Assembly: GCA_963771275.1 (NCBI GenBank)
Contig: CAVYSW010000010.1
Coordinates: 512,001 to 576,000, forward strand
Origin: an uncultured Gemmatimonadales bacterium
GTDB taxonomy: Bacteria; Gemmatimonadota; Gemmatimonadetes; Gemmatimonadales; GWC2-71-9
DNA: 64,000 nt
Direction of reading: 5' to 3'
This document shows, one piece after another, positions 49,871 through 59,669 of the stretch. The notes below the pieces were generated by a model. It worked only from the letters and a program-made list of their open reading frames with translations, was not told where the DNA came from and made no database searches. Each line of letters begins with the position of its first letter. The first letter of the stretch is position 1. The position numbers and the translations under genes are program-made.

Positions 49871-51033
49871 GCCGCGTGGAGCGGAATCTCGATCTCGAAC
49901 TCCGTCCCGGCGGAGGGCGCGCCCAGGGTCAGCCGACCATGGTGGATGTCTTCGACGATGCGCCGGGCGAGCGCCAGGCCGATGCCCCACCCGCCCTGCT
50001 TGGTCGTCACCCCGGGCTCGAACAGCCGGCCGCGGACCTCGGGGGCGATGCCCGGACCATCATCGTGCACCGCCACCCGGGCACACCGGTGGTCGCCGCT
50101 CACCCGGATGGCGATCGTCCCGCCGCGGCCACTCAGCGCGTCGATGGCGTTGCGGACCAGCGCCTCGAGCGCCCATTCGAGCAGCACCGGGTCGCCCGCG
50201 ACGAACGGCCCGGCGCTCGGCGCCCGGACGTCGATCGTCACCTGGTGCGCGTGCCGCGGCAGCCGCGGCCGGAAGTACGCCACCACGCGCTCGACCACGG
50301 CGCCCAGCGCGACTTGCTCGGGCCGCGTGGGCCGGCCGATGCGCTCGAATCGCTGCGCCACCCGGTGCAACCGGTCGAGGTCGGCGAGCAGGTGCCCCGC
50401 GATCTCCCCCGTGTGTCCCTCGCGCTCGAGCAGGCGATCGACCCAGGCGTTGGCGCTCATCAGGGGCGTGCCGAGCTGGTGGGCCGATTCCCGCGCCATC
50501 GCCACCCACAGCCGGTCGCGGTCCCGGTGCACGGCGGTGCGATACGCCCACAGACCGGCCGCCACCGCGCTCATGAGCAGGGCGAGCTGCAGGATGCCGA
50601 GGAGCTTGAGGCGCTGACCGATGGGCAGCGGGCCGTAGTGGATGCTGCCGAGGCCCGGCACGACGATCGGCGGGTTGACCCGATCCAGCTCGGCGACGAA
50701 CGCGGCGATGCGCGGGTCGTCGGGTGGCGCGGTGAACGGCAGGTTGGCGGTGTGGGCCGGCTGGCCGGCGCTGTCGGTGATCACGGCGGGGAGCCCCGTT
50801 TGCCTGATCTCCTGCACCACCTGCAGCAGGGCCTCGGTCTGGGCGCCGGCGGCCGTGTCGCCGAGGGCGGCGATCACCCGCCCGTAGATGCGGGAGGCCT
50901 GCGCCGCCTGCGTGCGCAGGTAGCGCGACAGGTTCCACGCCTGCCACAGCGAGACGCCGCTCAGGAGGATCACCAGTCCGAGCACGACCTCGGGGCCCAG
51001 CCGCCGCAGCCCCCACAGGGCGTTCAGCCTCAA
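49867..51033 (-). CDS. Membrane sensor histidine kinase
   Basis: Two TMs, ARESAHQLGTP H-box, NAIDA, DDGPG, GWGIGL; TTGA overlap with serS. Confidence 0.92.
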   Translation of the reverse strand: MRLNALWGLRRLGPEVVLGLVILLSGVSLWQAWNLSRYLRTQAAQASRIYGRVIAALGDTAAGAQTEALLQVVQEIRQTGLPAVITDSAGQPAHTANLPFTAPPDDPRIAAFVAELDRVNPPIVVPGLGSIHYGPLPIGQRLKLLGILQLALLMSAVAAGLWAYRTAVHRDRDRLWVAMARESAHQLGTPLMSANAWVDRLLEREGHTGEIAGHLLADLDRLHRVAQRFERIGRPTRPEQVALGAVVERVVAYFRPRLPRHAHQVTIDVRAPSAGPFVAGDPVLLEWALEALVRNAIDALSGRGGTIAIRVSGDHRCARVAVHDDGPGIAPEVRGRLFEPGVTTKQGGWGIGLALARRIVEDIHHGRLTLGAPSAGTEFEIEIPLHAA

Positions 51034-52304
51034 CCGGCGACCAGACGTTCGGTGCCCAGATAGGGGACGAGCGCCTCCGGGATGTGCACCGAACCGTCCT
51101 CCTGCTGGTTGTTCTCGAGCAGCGCGATGATCGTGCGCGGAAACGCTACGCCCGACGCGTTCAGCGTATGCACGAAATCTGGCTTGGCCCCCGGGCCGGG
51201 GCGGTACCGAATGTTTGCGCGGCGTGCCTGAAAGTCCGTGAACGTGCTGGCGCTCGAGACCTCGAGCCACGTTCCCACGCCGCCCGCCCATGCCTCCAGG
51301 TCGTAGGTCTTGGCGCTGGCGAACCCGATGTCGCCGCTCGCCAGCAGCACCACGCGGTAGGGGATCTGCAGGCGCTGCAGCACCGCCTCGGCGTGGCCCA
51401 GCAGCTTCTCGTGCTCGGCGGGTGAGTCCTCCGGACGGGTGAACCGTACCAGCTCGACCTTGTCGAACTGGTGCACGCGAATCAGGCCACGCGTGTCCTT
51501 GCCGTGCGCCCCCGCCTCGCGCCGAAAGCAGGGCGTGTAGGCGGCGTAGCCGATCGGCAGGCGATCCCCGGCGAGGATCTCGTCGCGGTGGATGTTGGTG
51601 ACGGGGACCTCGGCCGTCGGGATCAGGTAGAGCCCGTCGGTCGTGACGTACATGTTGCTTTCCTTGTCCGGCAGCTGCCCCGTCCCCCGGGCGGCATCGG
51701 CGTTTACCAGCAGCGGCGGCGCGATCTCGACGTAGCCGTGCTCCCGGGTGTGCAGGTCGAGCATGAAGTTGACGAGCGCGCGGACGAGACGCGCCCCGCG
51801 CCCCGTGAATAGCGGGAATCCGGAGCCCGTGATCTTGGCCCCCGCCGGCAGGTCGAGCAATCCGAGCGCCGCGCCCAGCTCCCAGTGGGGCTTCGGCGCG
51901 AAGGCGAACGCCGGCGGCTCCCCCCACGAGCGCACCACACGGTTGGCGGACGCGTCGCCGGTCGGGATCTCGGCCTGCGGCAAATTGGGGATCTGCAGCA
52001 GCAGATCCGCGAGGGCGTGCTCCGCGGCGGCGAGCTGTTCGTCGTCCTGCTGCACCCGATCGGCTAGCAGCTTGAGCTGCTCCAGCAGCGCGGTCGGATG
52101 CTCGCCCGCCTTCTTGCGGAGGCCCACCTCGTGGGACTGCTGATTGCGCTGCGCTTTCAGCTGCTCCACGGTCCGCAACAGCTCGCGCCGGCGCCGGTCG
52201 AGGGCGACAATGGCGTCGATCGCTGCGCCGGCGTCCGGCGCGCGACGCGCGAGCGCCGCCCGCACGGCCTCAGGCGCTTCGCGAATCTGGCGAATGTCGA
52301 TCAC
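51030..52304 (-). CDS. serS: Serine--tRNA ligase
   Basis: LIPTAEVP, FRREAG, HQFDKVE, TLNASG.A..R. Confidence 0.97.
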   Translation of the reverse strand: MIDIRQIREAPEAVRAALARRAPDAGAAIDAIVALDRRRRELLRTVEQLKAQRNQQSHEVGLRKKAGEHPTALLEQLKLLADRVQQDDEQLAAAEHALADLLLQIPNLPQAEIPTGDASANRVVRSWGEPPAFAFAPKPHWELGAALGLLDLPAGAKITGSGFPLFTGRGARLVRALVNFMLDLHTREHGYVEIAPPLLVNADAARGTGQLPDKESNMYVTTDGLYLIPTAEVPVTNIHRDEILAGDRLPIGYAAYTPCFRREAGAHGKDTRGLIRVHQFDKVELVRFTRPEDSPAEHEKLLGHAEAVLQRLQIPYRVVLLASGDIGFASAKTYDLEAWAGGVGTWLEVSSASTFTDFQARRANIRYRPGPGAKPDFVHTLNASGVAFPRTIIALLENNQQEDGSVHIPEALVPYLGTERLVAG

Positions 52305-52306
52305 GG

Positions 52307-52885
52307 CTACTGAGTGGGCAGCCCCGGTTCGAGTCCCCGGTACCCGCAATTCTCATCCACCAGAAACTCGAGCGTGACCGACCGCTCCTGACGGTCAATC
52401 GCGAGCACGTGGAATTTCCCGTAGCGGGGCAGCGAGCTGGAGAGGGTGCAGAGCGACGAGCTCGGGCGCGACCGGGCGACGAACACGGTGCCCTCGTCGA
52501 AGGTGAGCAGGCTGTCCGTCACGTAGCCGTCAAGCGGCGCGGACAGCACGTCGCCGAATGCCTGGTTCGAGCGCAGCAGACCGGGCGTCCCACTGAGGCC
52601 GAGCATGCCGGCCGGCCAGATGGCCGCCGCGCCGGTGGTGTCGAGGTCGAACGCAAAATCCAGCGGGTAGTCTCGATCGGTGCGCACCGCCGTCCCGCCC
52701 ACGACGTCGAAACCGCTCGGCAGATGGATCGACGTGCCGCTGAGCGCGTAGAGGGTGGTGGTGTCCACCAGATTCTCGATCCGCGAGGGCGGCAACGTCG
52801 TGCCGGTTCCGCACGCCGCCAGGGCCGGCACGGTGAGCAGCGCGACACGCGAGAAGAGTCGATATACCAATGAGATAGCCCGCAT
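52307..52885 (-). CDS. Hypothetical lipoprotein
   Basis: Lipobox LAAC; C-terminal NCGYR.L.PG.P. Confidence 0.75.
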   Translation of the reverse strand: MRAISLVYRLFSRVALLTVPALAACGTGTTLPPSRIENLVDTTTLYALSGTSIHLPSGFDVVGGTAVRTDRDYPLDFAFDLDTTGAAAIWPAGMLGLSGTPGLLRSNQAFGDVLSAPLDGYVTDSLLTFDEGTVFVARSRPSSSLCTLSSSLPRYGKFHVLAIDRQERSVTLEFLVDENCGYRGLEPGLPTQ

Positions 52886-52898
52886 TCGGCGTGGCAGA

Positions 52899-52970
52899 AG
52901 CTTAGCCGTCGCCGGAGGGGCGGTCAACCTCCGGGATTCGCTTGACTTCGCTCGGGGCGCCGTCTAGCTT
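52899..52970. promoter_or_regulatory. Back-to-back divergent sigma70 promoters
   Basis: Minus strand TTGACC-17-TAAGCT (52899-52927); plus strand TTGACT-17-TAGCTT (52942-52970). Confidence 0.65.
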
Positions 52971-52977
52971 GGCGCGC

Positions 52978-53331
52978 ATGCCGACCATTCGTGACGTCGT
53001 TCAGGCGCTGGCCCGTCGCCCGGGCATCAAGGCCGCGATCGTGCTCGGTCGAGATGGCCTGCCGATCGACTCGGCGGTCCGCAACGGCCTGGATTCGGAC
53101 GGCGTCGCGGCGCTGATCCCGCCAATCGTGTCGGCATGCATGCGGTTGGGCGGCGCGACTGACTGCGGCGACTTCGGAGCGGGCGCCTTCGAGTTCGCCG
53201 GCGGCATGGCCGTTGTGACGACGATTACTCCCGATACCCTGCTCGCGCTGGTCGCCGAGCCCGAGACCAACCTCGGCGGCCTGCTGTACGAGCTGCGCAA
53301 GCACCGCGCCGCCATCGCCGGACTGTTGTGA
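52978..53331 (+). CDS. Roadblock/LC7 domain protein
   Basis: G...A....RDGL.I, NLG.L pattern; about 117 aa. Confidence 0.88.
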   Translation: MPTIRDVVQALARRPGIKAAIVLGRDGLPIDSAVRNGLDSDGVAALIPPIVSACMRLGGATDCGDFGAGAFEFAGGMAVVTTITPDTLLALVAEPETNLGGLLYELRKHRAAIAGLL

Positions 53332-53355
53332 GGCGTCCCTGGGGGGCGTGAGACG

Positions 53356-54387
53356 GTGAGTCGCTGGGCGGCCGTCCTCGCGGGCGGATCGGGCACGAGG
53401 TTCTGGCCGCTCTCTTCCCCGTCGCGTCCCAAGCAGCTGCTGCCCCTGGCGGGCAGCACTCCCCTGCTGCTCGAGGCCGTGCGCCGCCTCGATGGCCTGA
53501 TCCCGGCCGATCACATCGTCGTGGTGACCGGCGAGGCCCTGCTCGCCGCGACCAGACGGCTGCTCACCGACCTTCCAGAGCACCGCGTGCTGGCCGAGCC
53601 ACGCGCCGCCTCCACGGGACCCGCGCTGACCTGGGCCACCGCGGTGGTGCAACAGGAGGACCCGGCCGCGGTCGTGCTCGCGCTGCACGCCGACTGGTGG
53701 GTCGGTGACGCGGTCGCGTTCCGGCGGACCGCAGGGCGCGCGCTGGATGCCGCGGTGCACCACGACGCGCTGGTCACGGTCGGCATCGAGCCGACCCGGC
53801 CGGACGTGGGATACGGCTACATCGAGCGCGGAGCGCAGCTCGCGGACGACGTCTGGGCGGTGGCTCGTTTCACCGAGAAGCCCGATGCGCGGCGGGCCGC
53901 CGAGCTGATCGCGGGGGGCGCGCTGTGGAACAGCGGCTTGTTCGCGTGGAGCGCGGCGCGGTTCTTCGCGGAAGCCGAGGCGCATGCCCCGGAGATCGCG
54001 CGGCATCTCCCGCTGCTCGCCGCCGGCGACGTCGCGGGCTTCTTCCGCGCCGTGCGCCCCGTGGCCGTGGACGTTTCGCACTTCGAGCGCAGCCGGCGGG
54101 TGGTGGTCGTGCCGGGGCGTTTCCCGTGGGACGATGTCGGTACCTGGGCGGCCCTCGCGCGCGTGCGTGCCGCGCCGGACGGCAATGTCGTCGTCGGCGA
54201 GGCCATCGTGCGCGACAGCGCCGGGTGCGTCGTCTGGGGCGAGGAAGGACCGGTGGTCGTGGACGGCGTGCGCGATCTCGTCGTCGTGCGGGCTAATGGT
54301 CGGGTGCTGGTCACGACACGCGAACGGGCGGGGCGGCTCAAGGAGCTGCTCGAGTCGCTCCCCCCGGCCGTGCGCGAGCTGCCATAG
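53356..54387 (+). CDS. manC: Mannose-1-phosphate guanylyltransferase
   Basis: LAGGSGTRFWPLS...PKQ, GYGYI, F.EKP, WNSG.F, W.DVGTW. Confidence 0.93.
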   Translation: MSRWAAVLAGGSGTRFWPLSSPSRPKQLLPLAGSTPLLLEAVRRLDGLIPADHIVVVTGEALLAATRRLLTDLPEHRVLAEPRAASTGPALTWATAVVQQEDPAAVVLALHADWWVGDAVAFRRTAGRALDAAVHHDALVTVGIEPTRPDVGYGYIERGAQLADDVWAVARFTEKPDARRAAELIAGGALWNSGLFAWSAARFFAEAEAHAPEIARHLPLLAAGDVAGFFRAVRPVAVDVSHFERSRRVVVVPGRFPWDDVGTWAALARVRAAPDGNVVVGEAIVRDSAGCVVWGEEGPVVVDGVRDLVVVRANGRVLVTTRERAGRLKELLESLPPAVRELP

Positions 54388-54398
54388 GAAGGGAGACG

Positions 54399-55568
54399 AT
54401 GTCCGATCTCTATCTGATCGAGCCGGCGCTGTCCCACGCGTGGGCCCCGTTCCAGGTGAGCCGCCCGGTCGCGGAGCTGCGGGCGGGTGCCTGGTTGATC
54501 CGCGAGCGCTGGGAGGCCGTCGCCGGGGGCGAAACCCGCGCCGTGTTCGGGCCGGCACACCTCACGGCCTTCGTGGAGGACGGTGCCGCCCCGGTGCGTC
54601 CTGAGGCCCCGGTGGTGGGACCTGCGCTGGTCGGCCGGTCGGACTTCGCGCCCTCCGGGGTCGCCCCCGAGCTGCCGGCGGGGCCCGCCCGATTGATCAA
54701 CGACGAGGTGGTCGTGGGGTGGTGGGTGCCCCCGGGGGTGACGTGGCCTGCAGACGCCGCGTTCCCCGACGCGGTCGACGTGGAGGGCTCGCTGCTCCAT
54801 GGCGCGTTCGATCTCGTGACGGCGCTGGAGGATCTCCTGGCGGGCGACGTCGCCGATTTTCTGCGCGAGCGGAGCGACGCCGTGCCGGACGCTTCGGTCG
54901 TGATCGGGGATCCGGAGGACGTCATCCTCCTGGGAGGGGTCGTCGAGCCCGGGGTGGTGTTCGACGTTCGGGCCGGCGCGGTGGTGATCGAGCAGCATGC
55001 CTCCGTGCGGCACGGCACGCGCCTGGAGGGCCCGGTCTACGTGGGGGCCGGCACCGAGATTCTGGGCGGCGCGATCCGCGGGTCGGCGTTTGGGCCACGC
55101 TGCAAGGTACGCGGGGAGATCAGCACGTCGGTGTTCGTCGGGTACGGCAACAAGGCGCACGACGGATTCCTCGGCCATTCGGTGGTGGGGCGCTGGGCCA
55201 ACCTCGGCGCCGGCACGACCACCTCCGACCTCAAGAACACGTACGGGCCCGTACGCCTCGAGATCGGCGGCGGGCGGATCGAGACCGGCCGCCAGTTCCT
55301 CGGCGCGCTGATCGGGGATCACGCCAAGACGGCGATCGGCACGCTGCTCCCGACGGGAGCCGTGATCGGCGTCGCGGCGAACGTCTTCGGGGCGGCCAAT
55401 GCGGCGAAGACCACGGCTCCGTTCGCCTGGGGGACCGGTGGCGAGCGGATGACGCTCGACGGGTTCCTGACCGTGGCACGGCGGGTCATGCCACGGCGGG
55501 CGGTCGAGGTGACGGACGAGGTCGTCGCGATGCTCACCGCGGTCTATCGGCACGCGACCGGCACGTGA
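54399..55568 (+). CDS. GlmU-like sugar nucleotidyl/acetyltransferase (hexapeptide repeats)
   Basis: RPVAELR.G, NKAHDGFLGHS, NLGAGT..S.LKN.Y, GDH.KT.I. Confidence 0.85.
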   Translation: MSDLYLIEPALSHAWAPFQVSRPVAELRAGAWLIRERWEAVAGGETRAVFGPAHLTAFVEDGAAPVRPEAPVVGPALVGRSDFAPSGVAPELPAGPARLINDEVVVGWWVPPGVTWPADAAFPDAVDVEGSLLHGAFDLVTALEDLLAGDVADFLRERSDAVPDASVVIGDPEDVILLGGVVEPGVVFDVRAGAVVIEQHASVRHGTRLEGPVYVGAGTEILGGAIRGSAFGPRCKVRGEISTSVFVGYGNKAHDGFLGHSVVGRWANLGAGTTTSDLKNTYGPVRLEIGGGRIETGRQFLGALIGDHAKTAIGTLLPTGAVIGVAANVFGAANAAKTTAPFAWGTGGERMTLDGFLTVARRVMPRRAVEVTDEVVAMLTAVYRHATGT

Positions 55569-56425
55569 AGCTCGCGGTGCTGGGCTCGGGCAGTCGGGGC
55601 AACGCGATCGCGTTGTGTGCCGGAGGCCAGACGCTGCTGATCGACGCCGGGTTCGGTCCGCGGTCCCTCGCGCGCCGGGCCGAGCTCGCCGGCGTGCTCC
55701 TCGCGCCGCTCGCCGGCATCGTCCTCACACACGAGCACGGCGACCATGCGCGCGGCGCCGCCCCCCTCGCCCTGGCGACCGGTGCGCCGCTGATCGCGTC
55801 GCCGGGGACCCTCGCGGCGTTGACCGCGCGTGGCGCGGCGACCATCCCGCTGCCACCGTACGGCGGTGACCTCACCCGCGGTCCGTTCACGATCCGCGCG
55901 GCGCTCACGGCGCACGACGCGCGCGAGCCGATCGCGGTCGTCGTCGCGGACCCGACCGGGCGCTCCGTCGGTGTCGCGTACGATCTGGGGCGCCCCACCG
56001 CTGGCGTGCGGCACCTGCTGCGTGGCTGCTCGGTGCTGTTGCTCGAAGCGAATCACGACGAGGTGATGCTGCAGACGGGGCCGTACCCCGCCACGGTGCG
56101 CCAGCGGATCGGCGGCGCCGCCGGCCATCTCTCGAATCGGGCGGCCGCCGAGCTGGCCGCCGAGCTGTGCGGTCCCCGGCTGGAGGCCGTGGTGCTGCTG
56201 CATCTCAGTGAGCGGTGCAACGACGCACAGCTCGCGCGGCAAACCGTGGGGCGGGCCCTGCGGGCGCGTGGGTTTCGCGGGCGCATCCTGGTGGCGCCCC
56301 AGAACGAGCCGCTTGCCGCATTCACCCTGCGGCGGGAGGATCAGCTGGTGCTCAGCCTTCGGGGACCGGCTGCTGCTCCGTCAGGTCCGCCAGGTTCGGC
56401 TCCCATTCCCGGACCATGTGCGTGA
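55565..56425 (+). CDS. MBL-fold metallo-hydrolase (YycJ/WalJ-like)
   Basis: LGSGS.GN, LIDAG, THEHGDH, HDA.EP, EANHD, GHLSN, HLS..CN. Confidence 0.9.
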   Translation: MKLAVLGSGSRGNAIALCAGGQTLLIDAGFGPRSLARRAELAGVLLAPLAGIVLTHEHGDHARGAAPLALATGAPLIASPGTLAALTARGAATIPLPPYGGDLTRGPFTIRAALTAHDAREPIAVVVADPTGRSVGVAYDLGRPTAGVRHLLRGCSVLLLEANHDEVMLQTGPYPATVRQRIGGAAGHLSNRAAAELAAELCGPRLEAVVLLHLSERCNDAQLARQTVGRALRARGFRGRILVAPQNEPLAAFTLRREDQLVLSLRGPAAAPSGPPGSAPIPGPCA

Positions 56426-57521
56426 ACGCGTGGGCGATCTCGCCGTCGAATTCACTGCCGGAGCGCTCCTCGATATACGACAGGATCTTGTCCGCGGGCC
56501 AGGCGTCGCGATAGGGCCGATTGGTCCGCAGGGCGTCGTACACGTCACACACATGAACGAGCCGGCTGGCCTGATGGCAGCCTCGCGGGTAGGTGAGGGG
56601 CGGGTAGCCGCCGCCGTTGATCATGATGTGATGCTCGTAGGCCACGACGGCTGCGAGATCGAGGTCCGGCTCCGAGGTGATGATGATCTTCGCCCCTTCC
56701 CGTGGATGGGCGTTCATGATCGCCCGCTCGTCCGGCTCCAGCTTCCCCGCCTTGTTGAGAATCTCCTTGGGGATGCGGACCTTCCCGAGATCGTGCAGGA
56801 GGCCCGCCACGCCGAACGCCCGCACGTCCCGCGTGCCCATCCCGAGCCACTCGGCGAGGGCCATGGTGAGGACGGAGACGTTGATCGAGTGGGTGGTGGT
56901 GTACTCGTCGAACTCCCGCAGCCGCAGCAGCGGCAGCATGAGCTGCCGATCGCCGTGCATCGCGACCGACAAACCGCGCACCACGGCCTCGGCCTCGGCG
57001 AGCGGCAGGTCTCCCGACTGCATGGTCTCCTGGTGGATCCACCGCACCGTCTCGGCTTCGTCGGCCAGGGTGAAGCGGATCGTGGCCACCGGGGTCTCGC
57101 CGGGCGAAAGCTCCTGCTCACCCTCGATGCCGACGAGACCATAGCGAATCCCGCTCGGCCGCATTTGCCGGGCTTCTGAGGTGTCGATCGCCTTGACCGT
57201 GAGGCGCGCGAGCACGAGGTCGAGGAACTCCTCCAATTCATCGCGCGTGGCGGTGCGATCGAACCGCAGCCGCTGGATGCCGATTTCCGCCAACCGGGGG
57301 CTCCAGCTCCAGCCGCGCATCTCGCGGAGCGGCAGGTCTGCGTAGATCACCTCCTCGCCCAGGAACGAGAAGGTCGGCCGGGGAACCTCGGCCAGCAGAT
57401 CCTGCAACCGCTCGAACACCTGATCGAGCGCGCGCTCCCGCGAGGTGTGCCCCTCGGGATACAGCGCCAGGGCCGAGAGCGACTGTGCCAGACCGTGGAG
57501 AAACGCGATGGCCGCGCTCAT
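56352..57521 (-). CDS. HD-GYP domain phosphodiesterase
   Basis: T..HS.NV, LHDLGK, IL.K.GKL...E...M..HP..G, EHH....GGYP, DVYDAL...RPY. Confidence 0.93.
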   Translation of the reverse strand: MSAAIAFLHGLAQSLSALALYPEGHTSRERALDQVFERLQDLLAEVPRPTFSFLGEEVIYADLPLREMRGWSWSPRLAEIGIQRLRFDRTATRDELEEFLDLVLARLTVKAIDTSEARQMRPSGIRYGLVGIEGEQELSPGETPVATIRFTLADEAETVRWIHQETMQSGDLPLAEAEAVVRGLSVAMHGDRQLMLPLLRLREFDEYTTTHSINVSVLTMALAEWLGMGTRDVRAFGVAGLLHDLGKVRIPKEILNKAGKLEPDERAIMNAHPREGAKIIITSEPDLDLAAVVAYEHHIMINGGGYPPLTYPRGCHQASRLVHVCDVYDALRTNRPYRDAWPADKILSYIEERSGSEFDGEIAHAFTHMVREWEPNLADLTEQQPVPEG

Positions 57522-59635
57522 CCCGTCTCTCCCTCCCGCGCCGAGCGCACCGCCGCCTGGGCGATCTCGCTGTCCCGTGACCGCGCCGCGACGGCCAGCG
57601 CCTCGCGGGCCCGGGGATCGCTGGCGAACCGGCTCAGCGCAGTGAGCGCGGTGAGATACTCCTTGCTCTTCGGCGGCGTCGTCATGCGCAGCAAGCGCCG
57701 GCGCGGCGCCGCGATCTGCAGCAGCGTCTCGAGCGCCGCCGGATGGCCGGTGCCACCGGCCACCCGAATGGCCGCCACGCGCTGATCGACGTTCGAGCCG
57801 GTCTTGGACCGGGCCAGCAGCAGCGGAATGGCCGCCTCGGGGCAGCCGCGGGCGGCGCCCGTGAGTGCCAGCCGCACGCAATGATCGTCGCTGTCGGCGA
57901 GCCCGAGGCAGATGGCACGGTCGCGCGTCGCGTCGCCCCGCAGCAGGACCCGCAGCGCCTCGCGTCGCACGCGACCATCCTCGTGGGTCACGTACTTCGT
58001 GGGGTCGAACCCGGGCGGCAGGACCGGCATCTCGCCGAGCAGCGCGAGCATATTGCGAATTACGAACCAGCGCTCGTCGTCCAGCCGGCGAATCACGGCG
58101 GGCGCCGCGTCGGGGCCCAGCCGAATGAGGCGCTCGATCACGACGCGCCGCGTCTGGCTGTTCTCGGCGCGGATCAAGGCGTCGAGCAGCACATCCGCGG
58201 CCGCGGCCCCAATCACCGACAGCAGCTTGTCCAGCAGCGCGATGTTGAGGGGCTCCTGCGCGAGCAACAGCTCCACCTGGTTGGGCGTCGCGATGCGCGC
58301 CCGCAGCGCGGCCGCCGCCGTGGGCGCGGGCGCCGCGGCCAGGGCGTCCAGCATCCACTTGAGCTCGCCCTTGTCGACCAGCTCGGTGACCGCACGGTCG
58401 ACGGCGTCCCCCACGACGTCGAGCTCGAGCGCCATCTCGAAAACGCGACGCGGCTCCGGGACGTAGCGTGCCTCCTCGGGAACCGCGAACAAGGGCGTCG
58501 AGGTGGACATGCGCTGCAGGGCCATGCGATACGCGTCGGGGTTGGGATCGTTGAGCGCCCAGTCCCGGATCAGTCCCAGCACCTGCTCCCGCACCGAGGC
58601 TTCCGCCGTCACCTTGCGCTTGCCGCGGTCGGCGTCGGCATGCCGCGCCAGCTTATGGAGCATGCGGAGCAGTGAATGCGAGATCGTCTGCCGCTCACTG
58701 CTGGCCGCCGCCTGGACGAGCTCCAGCACAGCGTCGAGCGTCATGCCCTCGGCGGCGTTGAGCAGGAACCGGCGTCGCTGCGCGGCGTCGCCCCCCATCT
58801 CCAGCAGCTGACTCATGCTGGTGCGGTCGAGCGAGGCAATCAGCTTCGAGATCCGCTTGCGCAACGCGCCCGATTCCGGCGTCTGCCCGCCCTTGAGCTC
58901 GTCCGCGATCTGCAGCAGGTAGCCGACGATCACCTGGTCGTAGGCGGAATCCCGCTCGTGGCTCGCGATCGCGTCGGCGAGCTGTGCGGGATCGACCCGC
59001 TCCAGCGCCTCCAGCTCGTCCTCGGAGGCGGCCGCCTCGCCGGTCGCGGCCCCGGTGGCGAGCGCCGATCGCGCGAGGCCGAGCCAGAGCTGCGCCGAGC
59101 GCGTGCGGCTGGTGCGGGCCTGAGCGCTCTCGTCCGGAGGCGGCTCGTCGATGCTGGAGAAGCGCAAGCGCTCGTAGTTGAGCGGGAACGGCCGGACGTG
59201 GGGCCACACCTCCTGGCGGAACCGCGGGTTGAGTCCGATCGGGTTGCCGGTCCGGTCCGGATCCTGGGCAACTTCCCCCAGGAATTCGTGCAGCTCGTCG
59301 CTCAGCATCCCACGCCGGAACGTCACCGCGCCGATATGGTGGCGGTGCATCCGCGCCGCGAGCTCGAGCAGCACGGGGTTCTTGGGATCGGTCGCGATGC
59401 CCTCGATCACCAGCTGGCTCCGCGCCACGCCAATCGACAGGGTTGCCCGGGTGGCGAGGACCTCCTCCAGGAGCCCGTGCACGTTCTCGAGGGTCGGCCC
59501 CAGCGACGGATGCCCCTCGGGATACATCCCGTAGCGGTGGATCGTGATGGAGAGCTGGATCAGAAAGTCCCGCAGCTCGCGCGAGAGCGCACCGGACTGG
59601 CTCTGCGCCGGGGCAGAGGTCGAGTCCCGGGTCAC
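57518..59635 (-). CDS. HEAT-repeat protein with N-terminal YPEGH domain
   Basis: C-terminal HEAT repeats (LDDERWFVIRN, HEDGRVRREAL); ATGA coupling to the HD-GYP gene. Confidence 0.8.
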   Translation of the reverse strand: MTRDSTSAPAQSQSGALSRELRDFLIQLSITIHRYGMYPEGHPSLGPTLENVHGLLEEVLATRATLSIGVARSQLVIEGIATDPKNPVLLELAARMHRHHIGAVTFRRGMLSDELHEFLGEVAQDPDRTGNPIGLNPRFRQEVWPHVRPFPLNYERLRFSSIDEPPPDESAQARTSRTRSAQLWLGLARSALATGAATGEAAASEDELEALERVDPAQLADAIASHERDSAYDQVIVGYLLQIADELKGGQTPESGALRKRISKLIASLDRTSMSQLLEMGGDAAQRRRFLLNAAEGMTLDAVLELVQAAASSERQTISHSLLRMLHKLARHADADRGKRKVTAEASVREQVLGLIRDWALNDPNPDAYRMALQRMSTSTPLFAVPEEARYVPEPRRVFEMALELDVVGDAVDRAVTELVDKGELKWMLDALAAAPAPTAAAALRARIATPNQVELLLAQEPLNIALLDKLLSVIGAAAADVLLDALIRAENSQTRRVVIERLIRLGPDAAPAVIRRLDDERWFVIRNMLALLGEMPVLPPGFDPTKYVTHEDGRVRREALRVLLRGDATRDRAICLGLADSDDHCVRLALTGAARGCPEAAIPLLLARSKTGSNVDQRVAAIRVAGGTGHPAALETLLQIAAPRRRLLRMTTPPKSKEYLTALTALSRFASDPRAREALAVAARSRDSEIAQAAVRSAREGETG

Positions 59636-59669
59636 GCGCGCGTGGACCGTGCGACGCCGGGCATCCGGC

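Noticed and set aside
56340..56425. EDQLVLSL as a beta-clamp motif, and the 74-nt convergent overlap of the MBL and HD-GYP genes
   Set aside because: Weak match to QL(S/D)LF; tail overlaps are common in GC-rich genomes.
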